Shown in pieces: positions 7,806 through 15,923 of a stretch of DNA of 26,889 nt (the first letter of the stretch is position 1; each line of letters opens with the position of its first letter). Origin of the DNA: a virus (taxonomy: Duplodnaviria > Heunggongvirae > Uroviricota > Caudoviricetes); the IMG/VR virus record IMGVR_UViG_2537562020_000004; one strand, given 5' to 3'. The position numbers were made by a program, and so were the translations under genes. The notes below the pieces were generated by a model. That model saw nothing but the letters and a program-made list of their open reading frames with translations, was not told the origin of the DNA and searched no databases.

Positions 7806-10028
7806 TTGGCTGTTCAATTCGCTTATCCGTGGAACGTCCCACGGTCGGCAATCTCCAGCCCATACCTTACTTATGAGCAACAGCATCGCCGCGACCGTAT
7901 GTTCGCGGCTTTGCTGCATGCAAAAAAGGGGCTTTCTCTCCAGCCCGACTGCGTGCGGTTAGATGTTTATCGCACTGCTGCGGTGCTGGAACAAAATCAG
8001 GGTAGTCAACGAGCCAATGCATTTTTAATCAGCTTCTGCAAAAAGGCATTGCCGCGTCTTGAACTGGTCGCAAAAAAATCCGAATGCGCTGGTATCAACA
8101 GCAAGGTATCAACCGCTGTTTTTGGAAGTCATTTTGATACTCAGCAAATGCAATATCTGTCGTCACGCATGGTTAATATGGTCGCCCGATATAACCGTCT
8201 CCCGGACATGTCGCGCGCTGATGTTGACCTGTTGGCCGCTGATATTGCTAATTTCATTCGTGGTGAACTTGCCAACATTAATGACCACGGATTCGGCGAG
8301 CTTAAAACGCTGTACACCTGGTATATTCGTGCTGGCTTTATTTCCCTCCAATTCAACGTTATCCCACCACATTGGGAGCGGGTTGAAAAAAAATATGTCG
8401 GTGCGGATGAAATCGCACCGGCTATCGCCAAAATGTTTAACGATGGGGGGTGGCGCGGTCGTTTGCGCCGTGTAGCAGCTACGTGGCGCGAACACCTGCA
8501 AATTGCAGTCGGCAACGTCAGTAAGAAAAAAAACACTTACGCGAGTAAAAACTGCGTGACTGACTGGCGTGAACAAAAGCGCCGCACTCGTGAATTTCTC
8601 AAAGGTCTGGATCTCGAAGACGAAGACGGCAACCGTATCAGCCTAATTGAAAAATATGATGGCTCAGTTGCTAACCCTGCGATTCGCCGCTGTGAGCTCA
8701 TGACCCGCATTCGTGGGTTTGAAAACATCTGTAATGAGCTCGGTTATGTCGGTGAGTTTTACACTCTAACCGCGCCGTCAAAATATCACGCCACGACTAA
8801 AGCCGGTTACCGTAACAGCAAATGGAGCGGTGCCAGCCCGGCTGACACGCAAAACTATCTAACCGGTATCTGGGCGCGTATCCGTGCCAAACTACATCGG
8901 GAAGATGTCCGTATTTTCGGTATTCGTGTCGCCGAGCCCCATCACGACGGCACTCCACACTGGCACATGCTGATGTTCATGCTGCCGGAAGATGTTGAAT
9001 ATGTTCGCTCCATCGTCCGTAAATACGCATGGAAAGAAGACCGCCACGAACTGAAAAGCGATAAATCCCAAAAAGCACGTTTCCACGCGGAGTCCATTGA
9101 CCCGGAGAAAGGCAGCGCAACCGGCTATGTTGCTAAATACATTTCAAAAAATATCGACGGTTATGCTCTCGATGGTGAAACCGATGATGAAAGCGGTGAG
9201 CTGCTGAAAGAGACAGCCCCCGCCGTTTCAGCATGGGCTGCGCGCTGGCACATCCGTCAGTTTCAGTTTATTGGTGGTGCGCCGGTGACGGTTTACCGTG
9301 AGTTGCGTCGCCTCGCTGATACCGAAACCGCGCACGGTCTGAGCGTTGAGTTTGCCGCCGTCCATGATGCCGCCGACGCTGGTGACTGGGCTGGTTATGT
9401 TAATGCTCAGGGTGGGCCGTTTGTCCGTCGCGATGATTTACAGGTGCGCACACTGTATGAACCGCGTACCGAGCTTAATCAGTACGGTGAGGAAACGGTA
9501 TGTATTAAGGGGGTCTACGATTCCTCCATAGGTGCAGGAAGCCCGATTTTAACCCGGCTCACTCAGTGGAAGATTGTTCCGAAGCGTGCTGTTGATTTGG
9601 CCGTTGACCTTCAGGACGGCAAAGCCGTCCCTCGGAGTTCTGTCAATAACTGTACGGGAAGCGAAAGCGATCCACCGATACTGGATTTAACAAAACCACT
9701 GAGTCGGCGTGAAAGACGAGAATTGACCAACCGACTCAGGAAGCAAAAGCCAGCAGCACGGCGAAAATTCATCCACGGAACGGATGAGCAAAACGCAGCT
9801 ATAGCTAAAACTATCGATGAGATACATCTGACAACCGGCATTAATATCAGCCGGGGCGAAGCCCTGCACCTGATGGCCGGTGGTAAAAGTTGTTTTGATG
9901 GTAAATGGCTACGCGGAACGGCCAAAGGAGAAATATTTTCCGCAGCACCATCGCATGAGGCTAAAGCTCGGAAAATCCTTAATCGTGTTGCGGCGATGGC
10001 TGAAGCATCAAAACCAATACATGAGTAA
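7806..10028 (+). CDS. A: Replication initiation endonuclease A (rolling-circle HUH nuclease); TTG start
   Basis: 740 aa. HUH motif in EPHHDGTPHWHMLMF and catalytic Tyr region TGYVAKYISKNIDGYAL, as in P2 gpA. TTG 7806 is preceded by GGGGGG. The N-terminus MAV...YPWNVPR parallels P2 gpA. Confidence 0.9.
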   Translation: MAVQFAYPWNVPRSAISSPYLTYEQQHRRDRMFAALLHAKKGLSLQPDCVRLDVYRTAAVLEQNQGSQRANAFLISFCKKALPRLELVAKKSECAGINSKVSTAVFGSHFDTQQMQYLSSRMVNMVARYNRLPDMSRADVDLLAADIANFIRGELANINDHGFGELKTLYTWYIRAGFISLQFNVIPPHWERVEKKYVGADEIAPAIAKMFNDGGWRGRLRRVAATWREHLQIAVGNVSKKKNTYASKNCVTDWREQKRRTREFLKGLDLEDEDGNRISLIEKYDGSVANPAIRRCELMTRIRGFENICNELGYVGEFYTLTAPSKYHATTKAGYRNSKWSGASPADTQNYLTGIWARIRAKLHREDVRIFGIRVAEPHHDGTPHWHMLMFMLPEDVEYVRSIVRKYAWKEDRHELKSDKSQKARFHAESIDPEKGSATGYVAKYISKNIDGYALDGETDDESGELLKETAPAVSAWAARWHIRQFQFIGGAPVTVYRELRRLADTETAHGLSVEFAAVHDAADAGDWAGYVNAQGGPFVRRDDLQVRTLYEPRTELNQYGEETVCIKGVYDSSIGAGSPILTRLTQWKIVPKRAVDLAVDLQDGKAVPRSSVNNCTGSESDPPILDLTKPLSRRERRELTNRLRKQKPAARRKFIHGTDEQNAAIAKTIDEIHLTTGINISRGEALHLMAGGKSCFDGKWLRGTAKGEIFSAAPSHEAKARKILNRVAAMAEASKPIHE

Positions 10029-10102
10029 TTCATATCCATATCATGCACATACAGCAATCGCTCTATTCGTTTTTTTTCTTCCCATCTTTTGCCAATACGT
10101 GC

Positions 10103-10122
10103 TACTGTATAAATATACAGTA
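10103..10122. promoter_or_regulatory. LexA (SOS) box overlapping the promoter of the tum-like operon
   Basis: TACTGTATAAATATACAGTA matches the consensus TACTGTATATATATACAGTA at 19/20 positions. It is 20 nt upstream of the GGGAGGGA SD and ATG 10142, equivalent to 186 p95. Confidence 0.85.
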
Positions 10123-10141
10123 ACCCTGTGGGAGGGATTTC

Positions 10142-10324
10142 ATGGTTGGCGAACATTTCAGCCGAACGCAGCAAAAGTGGGCTTGTGTGCAATTTATTGC
10201 CGAGGTATCTCTGATTGCAAACTGCAAGCCATCAGACTTAAAGCTCGCGCTCACTCTCATTGCAGACCTAGCAAACAGCGAGAATAACGAAACCGAAGAT
10301 GATAATTTTTATAAGGCTGATTAG
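10142..10324 (+). CDS. SOS-controlled 60-aa ORF (candidate N-terminal part of a Tum-like antirepressor)
   Basis: Strong SD GGGAGGGA. It lies directly downstream of the LexA box. It ends at TAG 10322-10324, in the same frame as the next ORF. Confidence 0.6.
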   Translation: MVGEHFSRTQQKWACVQFIAEVSLIANCKPSDLKLALTLIADLANSENNETEDDNFYKAD

Positions 10325-10327
10325 ATT

Positions 10328-10561
10328 ATGAGAATCAATATCACGTTGGATAAAGAGCAAAAAATTAGTCAGGCAACATTGGATGCACTTGAGGCTGAAC
10401 TGTACCGCAATCTTCAACCTATTTACCCAAAGACTGCTATCCGAATTCGCAAGGGCTCCGCTAATGGCGTTGAACTAAGCGGTTTGAAACTGGACGAAGA
10501 TAAAAAACGAGTAATGGAAATCATGCAGCAGGTATGGGAGGACGATAGCTGGCTGCATTAA
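10328..10561 (+). CDS. DinI-family protein
   Basis: 77 aa. MRINITLDKEQKISQATLDALEAELYRNL...IMQQVWEDDSWL parallels DinI (MRIEVTI...AIDALAGELSRRI...ILQETWESADDW). Confidence 0.85.
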   Translation: MRINITLDKEQKISQATLDALEAELYRNLQPIYPKTAIRIRKGSANGVELSGLKLDEDKKRVMEIMQQVWEDDSWLH

Positions 10562-10563
10562 CA

Positions 10564-10632
10564 AACGCCGCCGGTGCTGAAACTTGCTTTCAGTGCTGGC
10601 GGGGTTGAACAACTCGCACCGCGAGGCGCTAG
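10564..10632 (+). repeat. 69-bp intergenic element, copy A (contains a 15-bp-arm hairpin at 10568-10602)
   Basis: 60/69 identical to 10969-11037. The hairpin CCGCCGGTGCTGAAA-CTTGC-TTTCAGTGCTGGCGG has three G-U pairs that are tolerated only in plus-strand RNA. Confidence 0.7.
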
Positions 10633-10756
10633 TTCTTCCTCTCAAAGTTTCTCGATGTTTTATTGGTTACACACCAGTGATGAATGGGACGTTACCTTAG
10701 CGGGTTTTATAGTGGCGCTGTGGCAGCGCTAAATAAAATTCATTGAGGGCGATAAT

Positions 10757-10966
10757 ATGCATCGACTACCGGGCGAAATTCCGCAGCACAAAACTAAAAG
10801 CATCAAACTGATGGCCATCGTTCATCGTCTGCAGCAGATAATGGTCAATGAGAATTTGACACCCGCCGAGCTGGTCGGGTGTGCCGAAATAGTCAGGGAT
10901 AATTACGGCAAGCTGGATAGCATCAGCAAGCCGACACATTACTCACCGCCACCACGTCGACCATAG
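10757..10966 (+). CDS. Hypothetical 69-aa protein, bracketed by the two 69-bp elements
   Basis: GAGGG lies 7 nt upstream of the ATG. No recognisable domain. Confidence 0.5.
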   Translation: MHRLPGEIPQHKTKSIKLMAIVHRLQQIMVNENLTPAELVGCAEIVRDNYGKLDSISKPTHYSPPPRRP

Positions 10967-10968
10967 AT

Positions 10969-11037
10969 AACGCCGCCGGAGCTGAAACTCGCTTTCAGGT
11001 CTGGCGGGGTTGAACAACGAGCTACGCGAGGCGTTAG
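10969..11037 (+). repeat. 69-bp intergenic element, copy B (hairpin 10973-11007)
   Basis: Offset is exactly 405 bp from copy A. One stem position shows a compensatory change (U-G in A, A-U in B) and one position is disrupted. Confidence 0.7.
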
Positions 11038-11099
11038 CCGGTCATAGCGTCGCAAATACTTCAACCGTCTGCTGGTTAAATAATTCGAGGTTTTTGGAC

Positions 11100-11294
11100 A
11101 TGCAAAATCCCCTTTCATCGAAAAATGACCCGTTTGCCGATTGGGCAAAGAATCTGACTTTAATGGCTTTAAATAACGACCTGAGCTCTCGCGAGGTGGA
11201 AAGCTACACCGCAAAAATGGTCGGGCAGGCCGGTAAAGATGAGCTATCAGTCGTTATCAAACACCTGTTAAATCACATCAGAATGCGCAAATAA
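11100..11294 (+). CDS. Hypothetical 64-aa protein
   Basis: ATG 11100 is preferred. The track start (TTG 11010) lies inside repeat copy B. GAGG lies ~10 nt upstream. Confidence 0.45.
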   Translation: MQNPLSSKNDPFADWAKNLTLMALNNDLSSREVESYTAKMVGQAGKDELSVVIKHLLNHIRMRK

Positions 11295-11310
11295 GAGGAA
11301 CTATATAAAT

Positions 11311-11412
11311 ATGTTATCTCTCGTTTATGAAAATCCGTGGACGACGATTTTTCTGATGATTGTTGCCAGCATGTGCCTCAACAGTGTTATTGGCGCATTG
11401 CGCGGCCATTAA
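11311..11412 (+). CDS. 33-aa hydrophobic peptide (MLSLVYENPWTTIFLMIVASMCLNSVIGALRGH)
   Basis: Below the track cutoff. SD AAGAGGAA lies 10 nt upstream of the ATG. It has one predicted TM helix and is followed by a strong terminator. Confidence 0.4.
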   Translation: MLSLVYENPWTTIFLMIVASMCLNSVIGALRGH

Positions 11413-11430
11413 TCGCGACAAAACCAGACT

Positions 11431-11460
11431 AAAACCGGCACCCTGAATGCCGGTTTTTTT
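11431..11460 (+). terminator. Rho-independent terminator ending the early/SOS transcription unit
   Basis: AAAACCGGCA-CCCTGAA-TGCCGGTTTT followed by a T-run (TTTTTTT). Confidence 0.8.
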
Positions 11461-11620
11461 ATGCCATTTTTCCGCGAATTTCCCGTTTTTTAGTCGTGCA
11501 TGCATCAGGTGCATGGTTTTGCATGCGTCAGTCTTGCCCGTTCTGTCCGTGCGCCGCCAGAGCTAGCGCGGATCCAGAGTTGTCATGCAACTGCATTAAA
11601 ACCGCCCCATAAAGCGGGCA

Positions 11621-11639
11621 GGCGTGGCGGGGAAAGCAT
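11621..11639. other. cos: cos: 19-nt cohesive-end sequence of the 186 type
   Basis: GGCGTGGCGGGGAAAGCAT equals my recollection of the 186 cohesive end (P2 is GGCGAGGCGGGGAAAGCAC). The location between the early region and Q is as expected. Confidence 0.8.
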
Positions 11640-11858
11640 TGCGCGCCAGCAGTGATGCGTAATAATAAAAATTATCCTCTGAGCGCGTCGTGATGGCGCT
11701 GTCGTGGTCGCTGCTGGTTCGTTGGTGGTCGAGTGTGTTCGTGCGCGTGAGACGCATCTGATGCGTGATGGTGGTGTGCATGGAAAAGCCACCAGGAGCA
11801 GCGGCTTTACAGGAGTGGCAGGATTCAAACTGCTAATTATGTTTCTACTATGATTAAA

Positions 11859-12863
11859 CTAATTTACATGTATGTAGAGTTCACCGTCGCCAGACCAATC
11901 GGGACACTCTAAAACAAGCCCAAACTGCTTGAATATTTCATCAATGATTATTGTTATCTCCCGAAAATCACCAAAACCTGTAATGTGCTGGTCATTAAAC
12001 TTCCCATAAAGATTCTGAAAAGCAATGCCTAATTCTGATAATTGATATCTTATCTTTGAGTTGGATAGTGTAAGGGATAGCTTTGGATCGTATTCTTTAA
12101 TATTGATGTTTAGAGAATGGACATAACCCATCGCATAAGCATAAGAGTTGATGATTAGCCTGATACGTTTTTTTACTTCAAGATACATGTCATTCAGAGA
12201 AATATTACCGTACTTATAACCCCAGATGAGTTTTTCAATCTCGTCAGATACTTCATTTACAACAGTGTCAAGATTCTCTAAAAATAAATCGACAGTTTCT
12301 TGAGGGGCAGACCCCGAAGACATGTAATTAGCGAGATATTCAGACCATGCACGCGTGGCTGAGATAAGAAGCGCGCTACCATACTCGTTGACTGTAAAGT
12401 TTTGGGCTAAGCATGTTAGTAAGTTTTTTTCATGTACGTGCACTAATTCATGGTGAATGCGATGGATGACTGCGAGGTATCCTTCTTCTTTCAGTTTTAA
12501 GAAGCTACCATCATTGAAAAGCTCAACAAAAAAATCAATCGATAGCACAAGGGTATATTCTTCATATAGCCCATCATTGCCAATTTTTGTTACTAACTGC
12601 CCGACGGCTGCGCCCTGTTTGCTATTGGTAAATGAACTAGGGGATTTGTGTTGGTAAGAGGATGTTACCTTTTGAAGAGCTTCACTGAAGTTATAGGAAA
12701 CAATCACGCATTTTAATTTGGAGATATCAAGATTGAGATTCTTTGTTAAAGCTCGGATAGCTTCTAGTGTGAAATTACCGATATTATTTGCTTCTTGCTC
12801 AGTAGCGAAACCTTCGAGGGTTATTTTAAAATCAGTTTCCAAAATATTAATCTCCGCGCCCAT
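11859..12863 (-). CDS. Orphan cargo protein with a zincin-type HExxH motif (putative metallopeptidase-like effector)
   Basis: 334 aa in AT-rich DNA. HELVH at residues 138-142 (nt 12438-12452, within IHRIHHELVHVHE), with Glu candidates 18 and 33 residues downstream. No signal peptide or TM. It sits between cos and Q. Confidence 0.75.
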   Translation of the reverse strand: MGAEINILETDFKITLEGFATEQEANNIGNFTLEAIRALTKNLNLDISKLKCVIVSYNFSEALQKVTSSYQHKSPSSFTNSKQGAAVGQLVTKIGNDGLYEEYTLVLSIDFFVELFNDGSFLKLKEEGYLAVIHRIHHELVHVHEKNLLTCLAQNFTVNEYGSALLISATRAWSEYLANYMSSGSAPQETVDLFLENLDTVVNEVSDEIEKLIWGYKYGNISLNDMYLEVKKRIRLIINSYAYAMGYVHSLNINIKEYDPKLSLTLSNSKIRYQLSELGIAFQNLYGKFNDQHITGFGDFREITIIIDEIFKQFGLVLECPDWSGDGELYIHVN

Positions 12864-12881
12864 TGTTTTGATATTCGATGC

Positions 12882-12910
12882 ACTATAGCTTTCGCAGATT
12901 GCATCTTCAA
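12882..12910 (-). promoter_or_regulatory. Candidate sigma-70 promoter for the HExxH cargo gene
   Basis: The minus strand reads TTGAAG (12910-12905), a 17-nt spacer, then TATAGT (12887-12882). It is ~19 nt upstream of ATG 12863. Confidence 0.4.
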
Positions 12911-12940
12911 TAATGAGCGCAGAGATTGTGGCGGCCTAAG

Positions 12941-13987
12941 TTATTCTGGGTTGTCGAGGGTGTACTCTTTGAATCTGATGACCTCCATGCCGAGCCAGTC
13001 ATTTACCTCCCTGAACCTGTCCTGTAGCGGCGACAGCTCGTTGCGCACAAATACCTTTGCCACCTTCTCAACATCACCGAGTGAACCGATATTCTCGGGC
13101 TTGCCGCCCATGAGCTGGAACGGTACGCGGTGCGCGTCCATCAGATCGGCGGCACTGGCCTTCTTGATGTTGAAAAAGTCATCCTTTGTGGCGACCTCGC
13201 TCAGTGGCACGATTTTGATGCCGTCCGGTTTTCCGCCGGGAGCGTAGAAAAACAGGTTCTTAAAGTTGCCGAGCCCTTTTGAGTTGCGCATCGCCTCGCG
13301 CAGCGATTCGACGTCGGTCGCGCTCTGCGCCGGGTCAGTCACATACATGATGTAGCCTGCGTGCGCGCCGTTCTGATAATACTTGCGGCGGAACAGCGTC
13401 GCGGATTCATTCAGCCAAGCGGAATTAAGCGCGCTGAGATATTCCGGCAGACCGTAAATCTCCTGATTAATGTCGGGCTCCAGCAGGTGAAACACGGTAT
13501 CAGGCGCGAACTCGTGCGGCTGGGGGAAGTTTTCCACAAACCAGAAAATCGAATCGTCGACTCCGCGTCGGGTGTATTTGGCTGGCGAGGCCAGCAGTTT
13601 GATTAACTGGCCGGTGACGCTGTGGCGCTGCTCAAGAAAGGCGTTACCGAACACCAGATAATCGAGCGCAAAGCGGCTGAAATCCTGACGGGATAACAAC
13701 GGGTGCGGAATGTAGGTGCTCGCGAGCACGTTACGCTTAACATAAATTGGCGAGCTGTGATGCACGGCAGAGCGCAGGCTCTTTGCCAGCCCTGAGAAGC
13801 TGACCGGCGGCTCGTACCATTTGCCGTTACTGATGCACTCGACGTAATCCAGAATGTCGCGCTTATCGAGTACCGGCACCGGCTCGCCGAAGGTGAACGC
13901 TGTCGTTTTTGGCGGTGCGCTGGCGGTCAGTTGTTGTGGTTTGCTGGCCTTTTGTGCGTTGGCTTTACGGGATTTTTGTTTACCCAT
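12941..13987 (-). CDS. Q: Portal protein (gpQ)
   Basis: 348 aa. Size, position and orientation match P2 gpQ. It is coupled to P (1-nt gap). Confidence 0.9.
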   Translation of the reverse strand: MGKQKSRKANAQKASKPQQLTASAPPKTTAFTFGEPVPVLDKRDILDYVECISNGKWYEPPVSFSGLAKSLRSAVHHSSPIYVKRNVLASTYIPHPLLSRQDFSRFALDYLVFGNAFLEQRHSVTGQLIKLLASPAKYTRRGVDDSIFWFVENFPQPHEFAPDTVFHLLEPDINQEIYGLPEYLSALNSAWLNESATLFRRKYYQNGAHAGYIMYVTDPAQSATDVESLREAMRNSKGLGNFKNLFFYAPGGKPDGIKIVPLSEVATKDDFFNIKKASAADLMDAHRVPFQLMGGKPENIGSLGDVEKVAKVFVRNELSPLQDRFREVNDWLGMEVIRFKEYTLDNPE

Positions 13988-13988
13988 T

Positions 13989-15758
13989 TTAGTTGAACTC
14001 CAGAATAGATTTAGGCTGCATGCCGCTACCGGCAGAAAGCGGTTCGTTTAACAGGGCGTGCATGGTCGCCCATGCGATATCGGCGTGGCTGGCTTCCTCG
14101 GTGCGGCTGGCCTCATAGGTGGCGCAGCGCCCGCTGCTGGTCATGGTTTTGCGGATGGACATAAACGACTGCGTGACGTCGGTTGCTCCGGCGTCGTACT
14201 CCAGACAGCCACGGCGAATGGTGTCTTTCGCCTTGAGTACCATTGCGGTTTTCATTTCAGGTGTGTAACGGATGCCGCGTGCCGCCGGGTAAAATGAGCG
14301 CACCAGCTGGAACACGCCGAGACCGAGGCCGGTTGCGTCAATGCCGATGTATTCGACGTTGTATTTCTCGGTCAGCTTGCGGATGCCCTCTGCCTGTGCT
14401 GCAAAATCCATGCCCTTCCACTGGTGGCGCTCCAGCATGCGGAACTTGCCACCAGAGACCACCGGCGGCGCGAGCACGACGCACCCGGCACTGTCGCCGG
14501 TGTGTGACGGGTCGTAGCCAATCCAGACAGGACGAGAGCCGAACGGATGGTCGGCGAACGGGGCAAAGTCCTCCCATTCCTCCATCACATCGACCATGCA
14601 GCGCTGCAGCTCCTCGAACGGGAATACCGACGCTTTATCGTCGACAAACTCGCACATAAACAGGTTCTTAAAGTCCTCATCACTGTTTTCGCGTTTGAGC
14701 TGGTCGAGGTCGAACAGGGTGCAGCCACCCGCAAGGGCGTCCTCAATGGTGACAATCTGCCGCCACTGGCCATCGTCGCAGAGCTGGCCACCGGCGAGCG
14801 CGCTGTGACTGATGTCGATTTCGATGCGGTCGGCAATCCGGCTGCGCCCCTTGTTGAACAGCTCGCCAGACCAGAAGGGGTAAGCGCCGTGCGCCAGCGT
14901 GGAAGGTGTCGAAAAATAGGTCGAGCGCAGGTGCTTTTGCGAGGCCATGCCCGAGGCGACTTTGCGCAGTTTCTGAAAATTCGGGATCCAGAATATTTCA
15001 TCGACATACAGATCGCCGTTATGGCTCTGCGCGGTGTTGGAATTGGTACCGAGAAAAATCAGTTTTGCGCCGTTGTTACCGATGACAATCGGGTCGCCAG
15101 TCAGGTCAACGTCGACCAGTCGCGCAAACTGGATGATGTATTCGCGGAACACGTAAGCCTGCGTTTTACTGGCTGATAAAAATATCTGGTTATGGCCGGT
15201 TTTGAGTGCGCGCAGCAGTGCCTCGCGGGAGAAATAGAATGTCGCGCCAATCTGGCGGGATTTGAGAATGTCACGAATACGGTGCTCCAGTCCTGCGCGG
15301 TACCACTGCAACTGGTACTCGAAAGACTGGTCGAAAAATAATTCCTCTAGTTTATCGATAGCCTCGTCGCTGAAAAAATTCTTTTTCGGCTTTTTGCGCT
15401 CCCCTTTGTTGCGGTTGGCGACGTTGGGGTTAAGGTCGGCTTCGTTGCCGGTCTGGCTGTAGCGGTTGACTCGCGCCAACCGTTCAATCTGCCGTCCGAG
15501 CAGGTCAATCTCTTTGAAATCACCCCCTGTCTTTTGCGGCTTGGCGATGAGCTGAATCAGCCTGGCCTCAAGGCTGCTTTCAACGCGGGAAATCGGCGCG
15601 ATGCCGTCCCAGCCGTCGCGCTGCTTCCAGCTCTGCACGGTCGGGCGCTTGACCTGCAGCATTTCGGCAATCTGTGGCACGGAAAAACCCTGCCAGTAAA
15701 GCAGCGATGCCTGCCGTCGCGGGTCATGCAACAAGGTTGTATCGGTGGAAATGGTCAT
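13989..15758 (-). CDS. P: Terminase large (ATPase) subunit (gpP)
   Basis: 589 aa (P2 gpP ~590). N-terminal HTH-like region and nuclease/ATPase body. Divergent from O as in P2. Confidence 0.9.
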   Translation of the reverse strand: MTISTDTTLLHDPRRQASLLYWQGFSVPQIAEMLQVKRPTVQSWKQRDGWDGIAPISRVESSLEARLIQLIAKPQKTGGDFKEIDLLGRQIERLARVNRYSQTGNEADLNPNVANRNKGERKKPKKNFFSDEAIDKLEELFFDQSFEYQLQWYRAGLEHRIRDILKSRQIGATFYFSREALLRALKTGHNQIFLSASKTQAYVFREYIIQFARLVDVDLTGDPIVIGNNGAKLIFLGTNSNTAQSHNGDLYVDEIFWIPNFQKLRKVASGMASQKHLRSTYFSTPSTLAHGAYPFWSGELFNKGRSRIADRIEIDISHSALAGGQLCDDGQWRQIVTIEDALAGGCTLFDLDQLKRENSDEDFKNLFMCEFVDDKASVFPFEELQRCMVDVMEEWEDFAPFADHPFGSRPVWIGYDPSHTGDSAGCVVLAPPVVSGGKFRMLERHQWKGMDFAAQAEGIRKLTEKYNVEYIGIDATGLGLGVFQLVRSFYPAARGIRYTPEMKTAMVLKAKDTIRRGCLEYDAGATDVTQSFMSIRKTMTSSGRCATYEASRTEEASHADIAWATMHALLNEPLSAGSGMQPKSILEFN

Positions 15759-15923
15759 TGATGCCTCGCCGTAGTGGATTCAGGGCAAGGCTACTTAATG
15801 GCCGTCAGTGATTCGCTAAGGTGCTGTTGTGTGGACGGTTGTCCAGTCGTCATTGGTGGTCTGGCGTGTCCTGAGTCTGGAAACTGGCGGTGACCAGTAA
15901 CCTCAACCTCAGGACTCCTGACA

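Noticed and set aside
11010-11099. TTG start at 11010 for the 94-aa track ORF
   Set aside because: That start lies inside repeat copy B and its hairpin. The internal ATG 11100, with an upstream GAGG, is more plausible.
11640-11830. A 15-bp palindrome ACGCATC-T-GATGCGT and GT-rich short repeats right of cos, as a novel element
   Set aside because: These are most simply terminase-recognition (cos-flanking) sequences expected next to the cohesive-end site. Nothing distinguishes them further without comparison.
15759-15923. Ogr/B-type late-promoter dyads (TGT-N12-ACA) in the P/O divergent region, and also upstream of V (22692-22844)
   Set aside because: I could not find a convincing TGT-N12-ACA dyad by eye, only TGTTGTGTGGACGGTTGTCCA-like partial repeats. 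I am therefore not reporting late promoters.
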